Shown here: positions 15,564 through 24,581 of the stretch, piece after piece
How the letters are laid out: each line of letters starts with the position of its first letter
How positions within the stretch are numbered: the first letter of the stretch is position 1
Source of the DNA: a virus
Lineage: Duplodnaviria; Caudoviricetes
DNA: 37,642 bases
Virus record (IMG/VR): IMGVR_UViG_3300031953_000063
Location: 1-37,642 of that record
Direction: 5' to 3' (one strand)
Notes under the pieces: generated by a model
The model's input: only the letters and a program-made list of their open reading frames with translations
What the model was told of the DNA's origin: nothing
The model's database searches: none
Translations under genes and position numbers: made by a program

Positions 15564-16308
15564 CTGCAGGTTTCTTCTTTTTCAGTTTGTCTAGCTGCTC
15601 TTTGTCCATTGCAAAATAGGGGTGCCCTTCCGGATTAAAAACCATTCCACTTTTGCCAACGTTGTTTTCAAACCCACGTTCCACGGTTACCTTTGGAACT
15701 CCCTTTGTGGGCGTTGCATCGCTTTGGCGAACCGAGCAACGGCAGCGCCATCCGTTTGGCGGGTAGTGGCTATCCCAAAATTTGTCGTTTATTGGTTTTA
15801 TAACACCTTCCAGTTTTTCGTGTTCGTCTCGCACGCGCTCATCGCCCACGGTTCTATATTCTAAGTTTGGAAATAGATCTGCGTCTGCTACAAATTTCTG
15901 CCATTGTTTGGCGGCTTGGCTGCTACGTTTGGCGGTTTGGTATTCGGCGGGTAGATATTTTACATTATAGGTTTCATGTAAAGCCATAACCTTTCTTCGG
16001 AAATCTGTAAAGCTTCTTATTTTGCCGTCCTCATCAACTAGCATCGAATTAAAATCTAAAAGTTCTTGGTAGCATTTTGCTGCGCTGAAGTAGTACAGAT
16101 TATTCTGAATTTCGGTTACAATGGCGTCGCCGTCTTTTTTCAGTTTATCCCAATCTTTTCCCCAACCATCTTTGGCACCTTGGTTTAATTCGGTAAAGGT
16201 TTTATCTAAAAGTTCCTGGTCTAAGTCTTCGGGCTTTAAAGTGCCTGCGTGCAATAATTTTGCAATCCGCACAATCATTTTTACCCATTTAGACAGGTCT
16301 AAAGCCAC
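15556..16308 (-). CDS. Head morphogenesis protein (MuF/SPP1 gp7-like); probably made as a portal fusion
   Basis: 'YRTVGDERVRDEH...YPPNGWRCRC'; frame is open upstream to the A10 run. Confidence 0.9.
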   Translation of the reverse strand: MALDLSKWVKMIVRIAKLLHAGTLKPEDLDQELLDKTFTELNQGAKDGWGKDWDKLKKDGDAIVTEIQNNLYYFSAAKCYQELLDFNSMLVDEDGKIRSFTDFRRKVMALHETYNVKYLPAEYQTAKRSSQAAKQWQKFVADADLFPNLEYRTVGDERVRDEHEKLEGVIKPINDKFWDSHYPPNGWRCRCSVRQSDATPTKGVPKVTVERGFENNVGKSGMVFNPEGHPYFAMDKEQLDKLKKKKPADE

Positions 16309-16373
16309 GGGCCCTTCGTCGTGTGAATGTCCGCAACCTTCGGCCGTATAAAATGCGTTAATTGCCGCCTTAT

Positions 16374-17702
16374 TTACTTTTGGACTGGATTTTTTTTTTC
16401 CACGACTGGATCTGTAGGAGCGTTTCCAAAGGGAGCTTTAAAGCCTTTTATTGTAATGCCTGTGCGTGTGCTCAGTTCTTCAATGTCTAACTCATAACCT
16501 GCCTCTGTGAGACTCACCGCGCTTTTCACGTAGTCTGCCTGCTCCATTTCGTCGCTCTCGTCCCAATCAAAGTAAAGTCCGTTTAAAGGAGCGTAAAAAC
16601 TGTTAATTTTGGGTAGCCTTGGCAACAGCTCTTTGTTAATTACATTTTGTACAAACAGTTTATCGCTTTCGTGGCGATCGTCTGCCACGCCTTGCATAAT
16701 TTTAAGACTTCCGTAGGTTCCGGCACCGTCTTTGTTTTCGGTGGTACCGTCTTGGCCTAGCACTGCTTTAGATATTTCTGAATTCATTAATTTAATAAAA
16801 TCGAAAAACAAGGTTGTGCTTCCACCAGCTGGCACGTCGCCAAGTGTAAACGTTTCGTTGCCTTGTGTAACCATAACGTGGTTATTGTGCATTTCAATAC
16901 CCATTTGTAACAGTTCCGCTTGGCGGGTTGCGTCGTAGTTATCGGTATTTATAATAATTGGTGGCACTCCATATTTGTGCAGATAGTCCAGGAATGCGCC
17001 CATTGCTTTTTTCTTTGCTAAAATGTAAGTCGCAATCTGGCTGAGCAAACCAAGATCTTCCATTTCGCCAACTTCCACATAGTAGTTTGCCAATTGCCCG
17101 GATACGTAGCTAACTCCATTTTCGCCACCTACTTCTTTTGCAATTTCTTGGCGCATTGGTAAAAGGTGACCTTTCGGAATGTCTTTACAGCGAATGAGCT
17201 CGCCATTAATATCTACATCAAAAATCTCTAGGACTTTAATACCTTCAAATTTTGTCATAACCACTGCTTCCACAAAGCTTTCAAACCAAGGGCTGTGCAG
17301 CAGTTTTTTTGCATCTTTGTTAACCTCGCCAGATTGTGTTACAAGATCGTATTTTGAACGCAGCACTCTTTTAACGCGACTTTCAATAACACTTTGCACG
17401 TGTGCGTCTAGCATTAAGTTTTCGTAAAGCTCCTGCAGAAATTGAAAGTTTGGCCTTTCGGGATCTGTGGCAGATTGCACGGCACTGTTCCAATCTTTTA
17501 TGGTTTTAGGAGTGAAAAACGTAGCGTTACCTGTAAGGCTTGCAGTAATGTTTTTACCACCACCGCCACGGTTGCCGCTTCGCGTTGCCATTTCAATACG
17601 CAGTAGATCTTCTGGCAATAGCCGAAGCACATCCTGCGAAAGTTCGCGATTGCTAATTACCTCAGTTTTTGAACGGTTTTGAAACCAGCTTTTAAGTCCC
17701 AT
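16374..17702 (-). CDS. Portal protein (Mu gp29/DUF935-like)
   Basis: 'DAHVQSVIESR', 'KYGVP', 'EISKAVLGQDGT'. Confidence 0.9.
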   Translation of the reverse strand: MGLKSWFQNRSKTEVISNRELSQDVLRLLPEDLLRIEMATRSGNRGGGGKNITASLTGNATFFTPKTIKDWNSAVQSATDPERPNFQFLQELYENLMLDAHVQSVIESRVKRVLRSKYDLVTQSGEVNKDAKKLLHSPWFESFVEAVVMTKFEGIKVLEIFDVDINGELIRCKDIPKGHLLPMRQEIAKEVGGENGVSYVSGQLANYYVEVGEMEDLGLLSQIATYILAKKKAMGAFLDYLHKYGVPPIIINTDNYDATRQAELLQMGIEMHNNHVMVTQGNETFTLGDVPAGGSTTLFFDFIKLMNSEISKAVLGQDGTTENKDGAGTYGSLKIMQGVADDRHESDKLFVQNVINKELLPRLPKINSFYAPLNGLYFDWDESDEMEQADYVKSAVSLTEAGYELDIEELSTRTGITIKGFKAPFGNAPTDPVVEKKNPVQK

Positions 17703-17708
17703 ATTTTT

Positions 17709-18137
17709 TTAAATGTAGTTATCGTTGTTAGTTGTGTTTGCCCAAATTGGCTTTGCAATTTCTTCACCTTCACCATCTTTGTACGGTGGCAGATCTGCGT
17801 AACTAAAACCACCTTGCAGTTTTTCCAGTTCTTTGATGGCCCAGTTGTAGTCTTCGCGATAATCGTCCGGCACTTTTCGCGCTGCATTCCTACGAATGAA
17901 ATCATAAAGGCACATGCGAAGCAGTATTTTTAAAATTACCTGGTTGCGGTCGTCACCTGTTTCTATAAAAACAGGATCCATATCATAACGCCCGGAAAGC
18001 TTGGAACGGATGAAAGCGATGTTTTGCTTTTCAATTGGTTCCATTATGGTCGCAATCGGGTTCTCGCTGTTTGCAGTGAGCAGTTTGCTTTGTATGTGCG
18101 GTTCAAAATCTTCCGCGGCTAAAAAGATATAGGCCAT
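17709..18137 (-). CDS. Head-tail adaptor (Mu gp36/DUF1320-like)
   Basis: 'SKLSGRYD...REDYNWAIKELEKLQGG'. Confidence 0.8.
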   Translation of the reverse strand: MAYIFLAAEDFEPHIQSKLLTANSENPIATIMEPIEKQNIAFIRSKLSGRYDMDPVFIETGDDRNQVILKILLRMCLYDFIRRNAARKVPDDYREDYNWAIKELEKLQGGFSYADLPPYKDGEGEEIAKPIWANTTNNDNYI

Positions 18138-18139
18138 AA

Positions 18140-18319
18140 TTAAAAATATTTTACTGCGGTGAATACAATTGAAAACACGGCAATTACTATTAAAATAATT
18201 TTGAAATTTAACCTTCTTTCAGCCAAAGCTTCATAATGTATTATACCTTTCCAATTGCCATCGTACTTCTGGTATGGTTCAAAAAAATAATTCAGAAAAT
18301 TTTTGATGTAATTATACAT
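18140..18319 (-). CDS. Small C-terminal-TM protein, 59 aa (not in ORF track)
   Basis: MYNYIKNFLNYFFEPYQKYDGNWKGIIHYEALAERRLNFKIILIVIAVFSIVFTAVKYF fills the TerL-gp36 gap with 2-nt spacers; AT-rich. Confidence 0.6.
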   Translation of the reverse strand: MYNYIKNFLNYFFEPYQKYDGNWKGIIHYEALAERRLNFKIILIVIAVFSIVFTAVKYF

Positions 18320-18321
18320 AA

Positions 18322-19833
18322 TTAAAAATGTGTTTCGCGTTTAATATTTGCGGTTAATGTTGTGCCACGGCTTCCGGTATATAACCAACTTGAAAGCCAT
18401 TTGATAGCTTGTTGATCTGCATCTGGTGCATCGTCGTGGGTTTTATAACCCGGTTCAATTCCTAACAGCTGTGCAATACCTTCCTGCGTGCTGTGGTGGC
18501 TTTTTTTGGCATCGTTGTAATATATTCGACCATTCTGGTAGTACGGTTGTAGGCTTAAAATACGGTCGTATTTGTGCGACGATGGCGTGTCAACTTCAAC
18601 AAGGTTTAAATAAATTCTGTGAGATTCTTCCACCTCTTTAATGGTACGCTTGATTTCGTCATTCCAAAACTGTGATTCATATTTCCAGTGCACAATAACT
18701 GTCTCTGGCAATGCCATTTGGAATGCTGCCATCCACTCCAAAGCCGCTCTAATTTTAGATTGCTTTACAAAACTGTCTATGTACCAAAAATCTTTATCCT
18801 TTAAACCCCAAACGCGGATTGCGTTAAAATCGGCAGTTTGTGTGCCAGCAAATGCAATATCCCAAAAGCCGGTTATCACTTTAAAGTGGTTTAATTTTGG
18901 CATTGGCGCCCATTGAATGTCTTCCTGCTTAAATATGGTACCTTCAATATGTGGCTGGTTGTTGTATTCGGCTTTGGCTGCTAAAACGCCAATATCTTCC
19001 TCTACAACTTTATAGTATTCGTCGTCGTACTTTTGAAACCAGGTAGGCTTGTAGGTTACAGGATCGTAGGCATTAATTTCGAACACACGCCATTTTGGGT
19101 GGCGTTCCTGTAGCAGTGTTTGTATCATTGTAGGCGCAAAGCGGTTGTTTGCATATTTAAAGCGGCGTATTGGTCCATCCATAGTTGGGATAAGATCGCG
19201 CTCCACCCATTTTGCAAGTTTTAACTGGCGTTTTGGGTTTGCAATAAGTTCTTTGGTTTCCAAATCGTCAATTACTATATAATCTGGCCTTTGGTGTTTT
19301 ACACGCAAACCACGCACGTTTTGGCCTGCGCCAAGTGCTTTGCCAATAAACCCACTTTTGGTAATAAAGAAACTCTTTTCCCACTGTCCGGTTCCAGCCT
19401 GCTCGCCAAAATCTGCAATAATACGCGGATTGCCTTCAAACTCTGCGCGAATATCTTCTAGCAGTTCGCCTGCACGGTCTTTAGAAGTGGTAACAATTGC
19501 CATGTAGTTGCATTCGCCATTTATCCACATCCAAAAAGGTGTAATTAGATCTGCCCAAACCGATTTTGCAAGTCCACGGCCCCACTGGTCAAACGATCTG
19601 TCTAAACGGTTATTTAAGGTTGCTTTAGCGCCTTTTATATGAAAGTCTGCCGCTTCGGAAGTTGCGAAATGTGGAAAATAATACTCCGCACAAAACTTAG
19701 GATCCTTTTTCGCTCTGGCAATACGCGCAGCTTTTTCGCTTGCAGTTTCATAGACGTTTATGGGTCCAGAACTGCGTGCAAATTCAAGTTTTTTGCGGTA
19801 TGCGAGTAGCGCTTTTTTATCTTCGGCCTTCAT
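18322..19833 (-). CDS. Terminase large subunit
   Basis: 'GRGLAKS', 'RPDYIVIDDLE', nuclease 'WDIA...DF', 'HDDAPDA'. Confidence 0.92.
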   Translation of the reverse strand: MKAEDKKALLAYRKKLEFARSSGPINVYETASEKAARIARAKKDPKFCAEYYFPHFATSEAADFHIKGAKATLNNRLDRSFDQWGRGLAKSVWADLITPFWMWINGECNYMAIVTTSKDRAGELLEDIRAEFEGNPRIIADFGEQAGTGQWEKSFFITKSGFIGKALGAGQNVRGLRVKHQRPDYIVIDDLETKELIANPKRQLKLAKWVERDLIPTMDGPIRRFKYANNRFAPTMIQTLLQERHPKWRVFEINAYDPVTYKPTWFQKYDDEYYKVVEEDIGVLAAKAEYNNQPHIEGTIFKQEDIQWAPMPKLNHFKVITGFWDIAFAGTQTADFNAIRVWGLKDKDFWYIDSFVKQSKIRAALEWMAAFQMALPETVIVHWKYESQFWNDEIKRTIKEVEESHRIYLNLVEVDTPSSHKYDRILSLQPYYQNGRIYYNDAKKSHHSTQEGIAQLLGIEPGYKTHDDAPDADQQAIKWLSSWLYTGSRGTTLTANIKRETHF

Positions 19834-20158
19834 TCTTTTTGATTGTATGAGGTTTATCCGTGTAACTGGCTGTTACTTTATTTTGCCCGAAATTGTAATA
19901 CAGATTTCGCACAAATGCGGTGCGGCTATCTTGGGTGCGGCCTTTTTGCAATTTTACAGGATCGCCAATTTTTACACCTGCGCCTGCGCGCATAAACTGA
20001 CTGCCAAGATTCATATAAACCTGCCGTGCCGAAATGTTTCTAAAAATGGAAATCCAGCAATGCAAAAGCACGCCACCTGGCACCAACAGAAAAAGGGTTA
20101 TAAGTCTTCGTAAAAAGATATAAATGCTATTAATCCAGTATTTAAGGGCTTTGTTCAT
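19817..20158 (-). CDS. Hypothetical protein with hydrophobic N-terminus
   Basis: Fills the gap between TerS and TerL on the coding strand. Confidence 0.55.
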   Translation of the reverse strand: MNKALKYWINSIYIFLRRLITLFLLVPGGVLLHCWISIFRNISARQVYMNLGSQFMRAGAGVKIGDPVKLQKGRTQDSRTAFVRNLYYNFGQNKVTASYTDKPHTIKKNEGRR

Positions 20159-20161
20159 ATA

Positions 20162-20653
20162 TCAATATTTGAGTGATACGCCGTTGATGTGCTCGTCTTG
20201 AAAGTCTACCAATTGCATATAAATTTTGGGGTAACGTTTTTGTAGGTCGTGGAAAATTTGATCCATCACATCCAGATAGACGGTTAATGGTATTTTTTTA
20301 TCCTGGTCTAAGTTTTCCAGCGCCTTGCTGTACATAGCCACTTCATTCGCTATTTGGTTTGCGCGTTTAGTGTATTCGGCCAGTAGTTCTTTATCGGCTG
20401 CTTTTTCGGCCTCTTTAATTTTGTCTACCAGTTCCAGGCGTTCGTCTGTAAAAACACCAATTAGCTTTTTAAGGTTATCCACCCGCTCTTTGTTGCCATT
20501 AAGTTTGGCATCCAATTGCTGTTTCCAGCCATAATTTTTACACCACTGGTTTACAGTCTTTTCCTGCACACCAACAATGCTGGCAATTTCTTTTTGATTC
20601 CTGCCTTGCAGAAACAGTGCTTTTGCCGTCGCCCGTTCTTTGTCTTTTGCCAT
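20162..20653 (-). CDS. Terminase small subunit-like HTH protein (DUF1804-like)
   Basis: Likely start ATG 20653 (MAKDKE); HTH 'QKEIASIVGVQEKTVNQW...W'. Confidence 0.8.
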   Translation of the reverse strand: MAKDKERATAKALFLQGRNQKEIASIVGVQEKTVNQWCKNYGWKQQLDAKLNGNKERVDNLKKLIGVFTDERLELVDKIKEAEKAADKELLAEYTKRANQIANEVAMYSKALENLDQDKKIPLTVYLDVMDQIFHDLQKRYPKIYMQLVDFQDEHINGVSLKY

Positions 20654-20812
20654 AGTACAAATTTGGAACAATGGCTTGGCGTAGTAAAAACTACTGTTTA
20701 TTTCACCAGACATTTACTGGTATTTTACCGCCGTAGCGCCTGTATTTTATAATGGTTTTTTTCAAAGCTTCCAAACCCGTCGCATTTTTGTTACTCGAAA
20801 CAGTACTAAACG
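20654..20812. promoter_or_regulatory. Divergent late-promoter region
   Basis: Degenerate -7 elements CAAATTTG (minus, 4 nt before the TerS ATG) and CATTTTTG (plus, upstream of the protease gene). Confidence 0.45.
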
Positions 20813-21985
20813 ATGCGTAAAACCCTCTTACAATTACCAGCCACAAAAGACAACGGTGCTTTGCTAATCACTGCAGAAGTGAAAAACAAGGTGGCCGAAC
20901 TTTCTATTGATGGTTACATACATCCTTGGGCAGACGCATCTGCTAAAAACTTGAAGAATGAAATAGCCAAACTTAAAAACGAGGGAGCTACAAGCGCACG
21001 CCTTTACATTAATAGTGAAGGCGGTGTTTGTTTCCAGGCGAATGAAATGGTTAATAACCTAGATGAAGCGTTTGGTGCTGAAAATGTAAATATTTCTGTA
21101 GGTGCTTTAGCGGCGTCTGCAGCTTCTTTTATTGTAGCAAAATATAATGTAAGAGCAATCGGCAAACGCAATAGCCAGTATATGATCCATCCACCAAAAG
21201 GCGGTTTGCACGGCACAGCCAAGCAAATTAAAAAAGAGGTGAAGCTTTTGGAAAATATGGAAGCAATGTATTTAACTGAATACGCACGTGCTTTTAATAT
21301 GACCGAAGCCGAAGTGGAAGCACTTTGGGCAGATGGCGATCACTGGATGAACGCAAAAGAGGCTTTAAAAATAGGACTTATTGCATCCATTGAAGATGAA
21401 GATGCAGAATTAACAAACCAAGCACAAATGGCGTTAGTGGCCGCCGCACGTATTACGCCACCACAAGAACCCGAAACAAATCCAAAAACCGAGAATATGA
21501 ACAAAGAAGTATTGGCAGCCAGCTTAGGATTGCCATCCACAGCAACTGAGGCGGAAATTAACGCCAAAATTGCAGACAACAAGGCTAAAGCTGAACAAGC
21601 TGTTCAACTTCAGGCCAAACTGGACCAACAGGAAACAGACGGAAAAGCCGCCAAAATTACAGCAATGCTGAATAAAGGTGAAACCGACAAAAAGTTTACT
21701 GGCGACCAGCGTGCACATTTACAAGCAATGGCAGAGGCTAACCTTGAAGCAACTGAAAAGTTTATTGAAGGTATGACGCCAATTGCAAAAATTGAAACCA
21801 AAGCCGACGGTAAAAACCCAGCAGCTTCTGGACAGGATCCAGAAACCAAAGGTTGGAAGTACGAAGACTACGCAAACGCAGGTGCGAAAGGTGCCGATTT
21901 GTTAGCGAAGTTGGAAGTAGAAGATCCAGCGGCACACAACGCTTTAATTGAAGCGGCAATGCCGGAACAAAACCCTGTAGGCTAA
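20813..21985 (+). CDS. ClpP-like prohead protease fused to a scaffold region
   Basis: 'INSEGG', 'LAASAAS', 'YMIHPP', 'DHWMNAKEALKIGL'; helical C-terminus. Confidence 0.9.
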   Translation: MRKTLLQLPATKDNGALLITAEVKNKVAELSIDGYIHPWADASAKNLKNEIAKLKNEGATSARLYINSEGGVCFQANEMVNNLDEAFGAENVNISVGALAASAASFIVAKYNVRAIGKRNSQYMIHPPKGGLHGTAKQIKKEVKLLENMEAMYLTEYARAFNMTEAEVEALWADGDHWMNAKEALKIGLIASIEDEDAELTNQAQMALVAAARITPPQEPETNPKTENMNKEVLAASLGLPSTATEAEINAKIADNKAKAEQAVQLQAKLDQQETDGKAAKITAMLNKGETDKKFTGDQRAHLQAMAEANLEATEKFIEGMTPIAKIETKADGKNPAASGQDPETKGWKYEDYANAGAKGADLLAKLEVEDPAAHNALIEAAMPEQNPVG

Positions 21986-22035
21986 GCGGCTACTTTAAAT
22001 CACTTTTAAAACACTTTTAAAACCATAAAAAGAAG

Positions 22036-23061
22036 ATGAAAAATCTAAATTACAAAAAACTGTTTGGCTTCCTGGTAATCATAGCTGCAGTTCTCACCTT
22101 TAACGCGGTGAGCGGACATACATTAGGAAGCTCTGGCGATGTTGCCGGACCTACCACAATGATGGCAGCGGTAGCGAAAACCGAATTGATAGAGCGCGAG
22201 CTTATCAATAAATTTCGCCACGAAGCAACTTGGCTAACTCAAGTGCCTTCAAAAAACCAGTGGGTAAACGTAAATGTTATTAGGCTAAACGAAATTGGAG
22301 CAGATCCTACCGTTTTAGTAGATAACACCTCTTATCCAATATCTATTTCGGCACGTACAGATACCAGTGCTCCTATTTCTTTGTATAAATACGATACTAC
22401 TAATACAAAGATTACGGACGATGAGTTGTATGCCTTGCCTTATGATAAAATAGGAAGTGTACAACGTCAGCACCGCGAAACTTTAGAAGAGCAAACCCAA
22501 TGGCACGCACTTTGGAATTTAGCACCAGCAGCTAATGCTACCAGCACTCCGGTTATAGAAACTACAGGAGAAGCAGTAGGTGTAACTGCGGGCGATCGTA
22601 AAAGATTGTGCTCTGCAGATCTTGTGAACTTGAAGAAAAAACTAGACGCGCTATTGATTCCTGCACAGGGACGTGTGTTAGTGCTTTCACCAGATCACGT
22701 TGCAGATTTACTTTTAGAAGATAAAGCCTTATTGGTTCAATACCAAAACCATACTAATGGAATGATTTCCAAAATGTACTACGGTTTTGAAATTTACGAA
22801 CACCAAAACGAGGTGAAGTACGATGCATCTGGCGACAAACTAGCATTTAAATCTGCAACTGCAGGCCGTAATGCTTCAGTGTTATTTCACAAGAAAACCA
22901 CTGCAAAAGCACGTGGATCTGTAGCAGCTTACGCAGCATTAGCAAAAGACGATCCAACTAACAGACAGACTGTATTAGGTATGCGCCTATGGTTTATCTG
23001 TGTACCAACACAAGCCAAAGGACAGGGTGCCATCATTGATGGACTTGTAGCAGGAGCATAA
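22036..23061 (+). CDS. Major capsid protein
   Basis: 341 aa after the protease; 'IPAQGRVLVL...MYYGFEIYE'; hydrophobic N-terminal leader. Confidence 0.8.
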   Translation: MKNLNYKKLFGFLVIIAAVLTFNAVSGHTLGSSGDVAGPTTMMAAVAKTELIERELINKFRHEATWLTQVPSKNQWVNVNVIRLNEIGADPTVLVDNTSYPISISARTDTSAPISLYKYDTTNTKITDDELYALPYDKIGSVQRQHRETLEEQTQWHALWNLAPAANATSTPVIETTGEAVGVTAGDRKRLCSADLVNLKKKLDALLIPAQGRVLVLSPDHVADLLLEDKALLVQYQNHTNGMISKMYYGFEIYEHQNEVKYDASGDKLAFKSATAGRNASVLFHKKTTAKARGSVAAYAALAKDDPTNRQTVLGMRLWFICVPTQAKGQGAIIDGLVAGA

Positions 23062-23067
23062 AACAAA

Positions 23068-23190
23068 CTCGCGGTTAGGTCTCACGGAACACACAGTGTA
23101 GACTACCGGGTAAAGAGCCGGGATATCTGCTACGGCAGATAACCGGCACCCTACGGGGGTAACATCCCACTAGCCCGCCGCGGCGGGGAA
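23068..23190 (+). ncRNA. Putative structured RNA between the capsid and lysin genes
   Basis: Two C-UACG-G tetraloop hairpins plus other stems; GC-rich. Confidence 0.55.
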
Positions 23191-23209
23191 AACTTAAAAA
23201 ACAAATATT

Positions 23210-23614
23210 TTGGAACTAGCTATTAACAGACAACCTTCAAGTAAAAAGCAGACATTGGGCGAATTTCGTTTAATAGACGATAACTGCAAGGTGTTATTTA
23301 CTGGCAAAACACTTGAACTGCCTTGGTTAAATAACCAAACGCAAAAGAGCTGCATCCCTACTGGAACGTACCAAGTAGTGCCGCGTTTTTCGCCTAAGTT
23401 TAAAAACCACTTTCACGTGCTAGATGTTCCGGGACGTTCTTACATTCTTATTCACCCAGGTAATTACTTCACCCAAATATTAGGGTGCATTTTAGTGGGC
23501 GAAAATCACACAGATATTAACAAAGATGGTTACAAAGACGTAACCAACTCAAAAACCACTTTGGCGAAGCTTTTAAAGCTGGCACCAGAAGGTTTTAAAT
23601 TAACGATAGTATGA
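23210..23614 (+). CDS. DUF5675-like protein, putative endolysin
   Basis: TTG start; 'TLELPW...SCIPTGTY...ILIHPGN...GCILVG'. Confidence 0.8.
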   Translation: MELAINRQPSSKKQTLGEFRLIDDNCKVLFTGKTLELPWLNNQTQKSCIPTGTYQVVPRFSPKFKNHFHVLDVPGRSYILIHPGNYFTQILGCILVGENHTDINKDGYKDVTNSKTTLAKLLKLAPEGFKLTIV

Positions 23615-24087
23615 AGCGTATCATCCTCATAACGATTGCGATTGTTTGTTTAACCTTGGTCGGCTGCGGGACGGGCAGAATGGCCAAGGAAACAATCCGC
23701 ACCGTTAAGGATAGCACGGTTACAGAAGTAACCTACCACACCCGCGATACTATTATTACCGTTCCCGGAGACACCACACGTATAAGTGTGCCATTCACCG
23801 AGATTACAAACGTACCAATACGTAAAACAACCGGACGCACCACAGCCATTATTAGCCGCGATGGCGATAATGTAAACGTGGAGTGCATTACAGAAGAGCT
23901 TCAGCAACGTTTAGAACTTTTTGATAAAGTGATCCAACAATTACGGACCATTCAGGAAAGTGAAAAAACCACTATTGAAGTGCCAGTAAAGTACGTGCCC
24001 TGGCTTACAAAAATATTAGCCTGGATAGGCGGCGTTGCCATAGGTGCAATTGGCGTTTTGGTAGGCATTAAATTTCTAAAACCTTAA
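23611..24087 (+). CDS. Lipoprotein with C-terminal TM (putative unimolecular spanin)
   Basis: Lipobox LVGC, beta-rich middle, C-terminal hydrophobic helix; follows the lysin gene. Confidence 0.7.
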   Translation: MKRIILITIAIVCLTLVGCGTGRMAKETIRTVKDSTVTEVTYHTRDTIITVPGDTTRISVPFTEITNVPIRKTTGRTTAIISRDGDNVNVECITEELQQRLELFDKVIQQLRTIQESEKTTIEVPVKYVPWLTKILAWIGGVAIGAIGVLVGIKFLKP

Positions 24088-24089
24088 CG

Positions 24090-24581
24090 ATGAAAAAATC
24101 GGAAATACAAAAAGAAGCTGAAAAGCTTATGAAAAACAAAGGCGTAGACATTGTACACGCCACCAGCGATGGACAATTGTTTTTTGAGCAAAACGCAGCC
24201 GAATTACACCGAGACTCTAATGCCAAAGGCGAAAAGTTAACGGTATTTACTTTTGGTGAAGCTGAAACTGCAGCAGAAGATGAAACGGATGCTACAGCCG
24301 TAAAGCCAAAAAAGGCAGCGAAAAAAAAGGTAAAAACACCTAAAGCAGACACGGGCGCAACTGAAACGCCTTTACAAATTTCTGCACGCGAAGCTCGCGA
24401 AGACAAAGCTAAAATTGCAACCATTGAAGACGTGGCAGAGTTGAACAAACTTGAAGCGGCAGAAAATGAACGCGAAAAACCACGCACGAGCATCATAAAA
24501 GCCATTGGAGCACGTAACGCAGCTTTACAAGCTGACGGTGGAGAAAAGACAGACGAACAACGTAAAGCAGACGATAAATAA
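24090..24581 (+). CDS. Hypothetical virion-associated protein
   Basis: 'TSDGQLFF...A.LH' N-terminus; low-complexity linker; 'PRTSIIKAI' tail. Confidence 0.65.
   Translation: MKKSEIQKEAEKLMKNKGVDIVHATSDGQLFFEQNAAELHRDSNAKGEKLTVFTFGEAETAAEDETDATAVKPKKAAKKKVKTPKADTGATETPLQISAREAREDKAKIATIEDVAELNKLEAAENEREKPRTSIIKAIGARNAALQADGGEKTDEQRKADDK

Noticed and set aside
20654-20713. N-terminal extension of TerS (MSGEIN...)
   Set aside because: It lies in the divergent promoter spacer; MAKDKE at 20653 directly precedes the HTH.
23174-23190. Intrinsic terminator after the capsid gene
   Set aside because: The GC hairpin has no U-tract following it on either strand.
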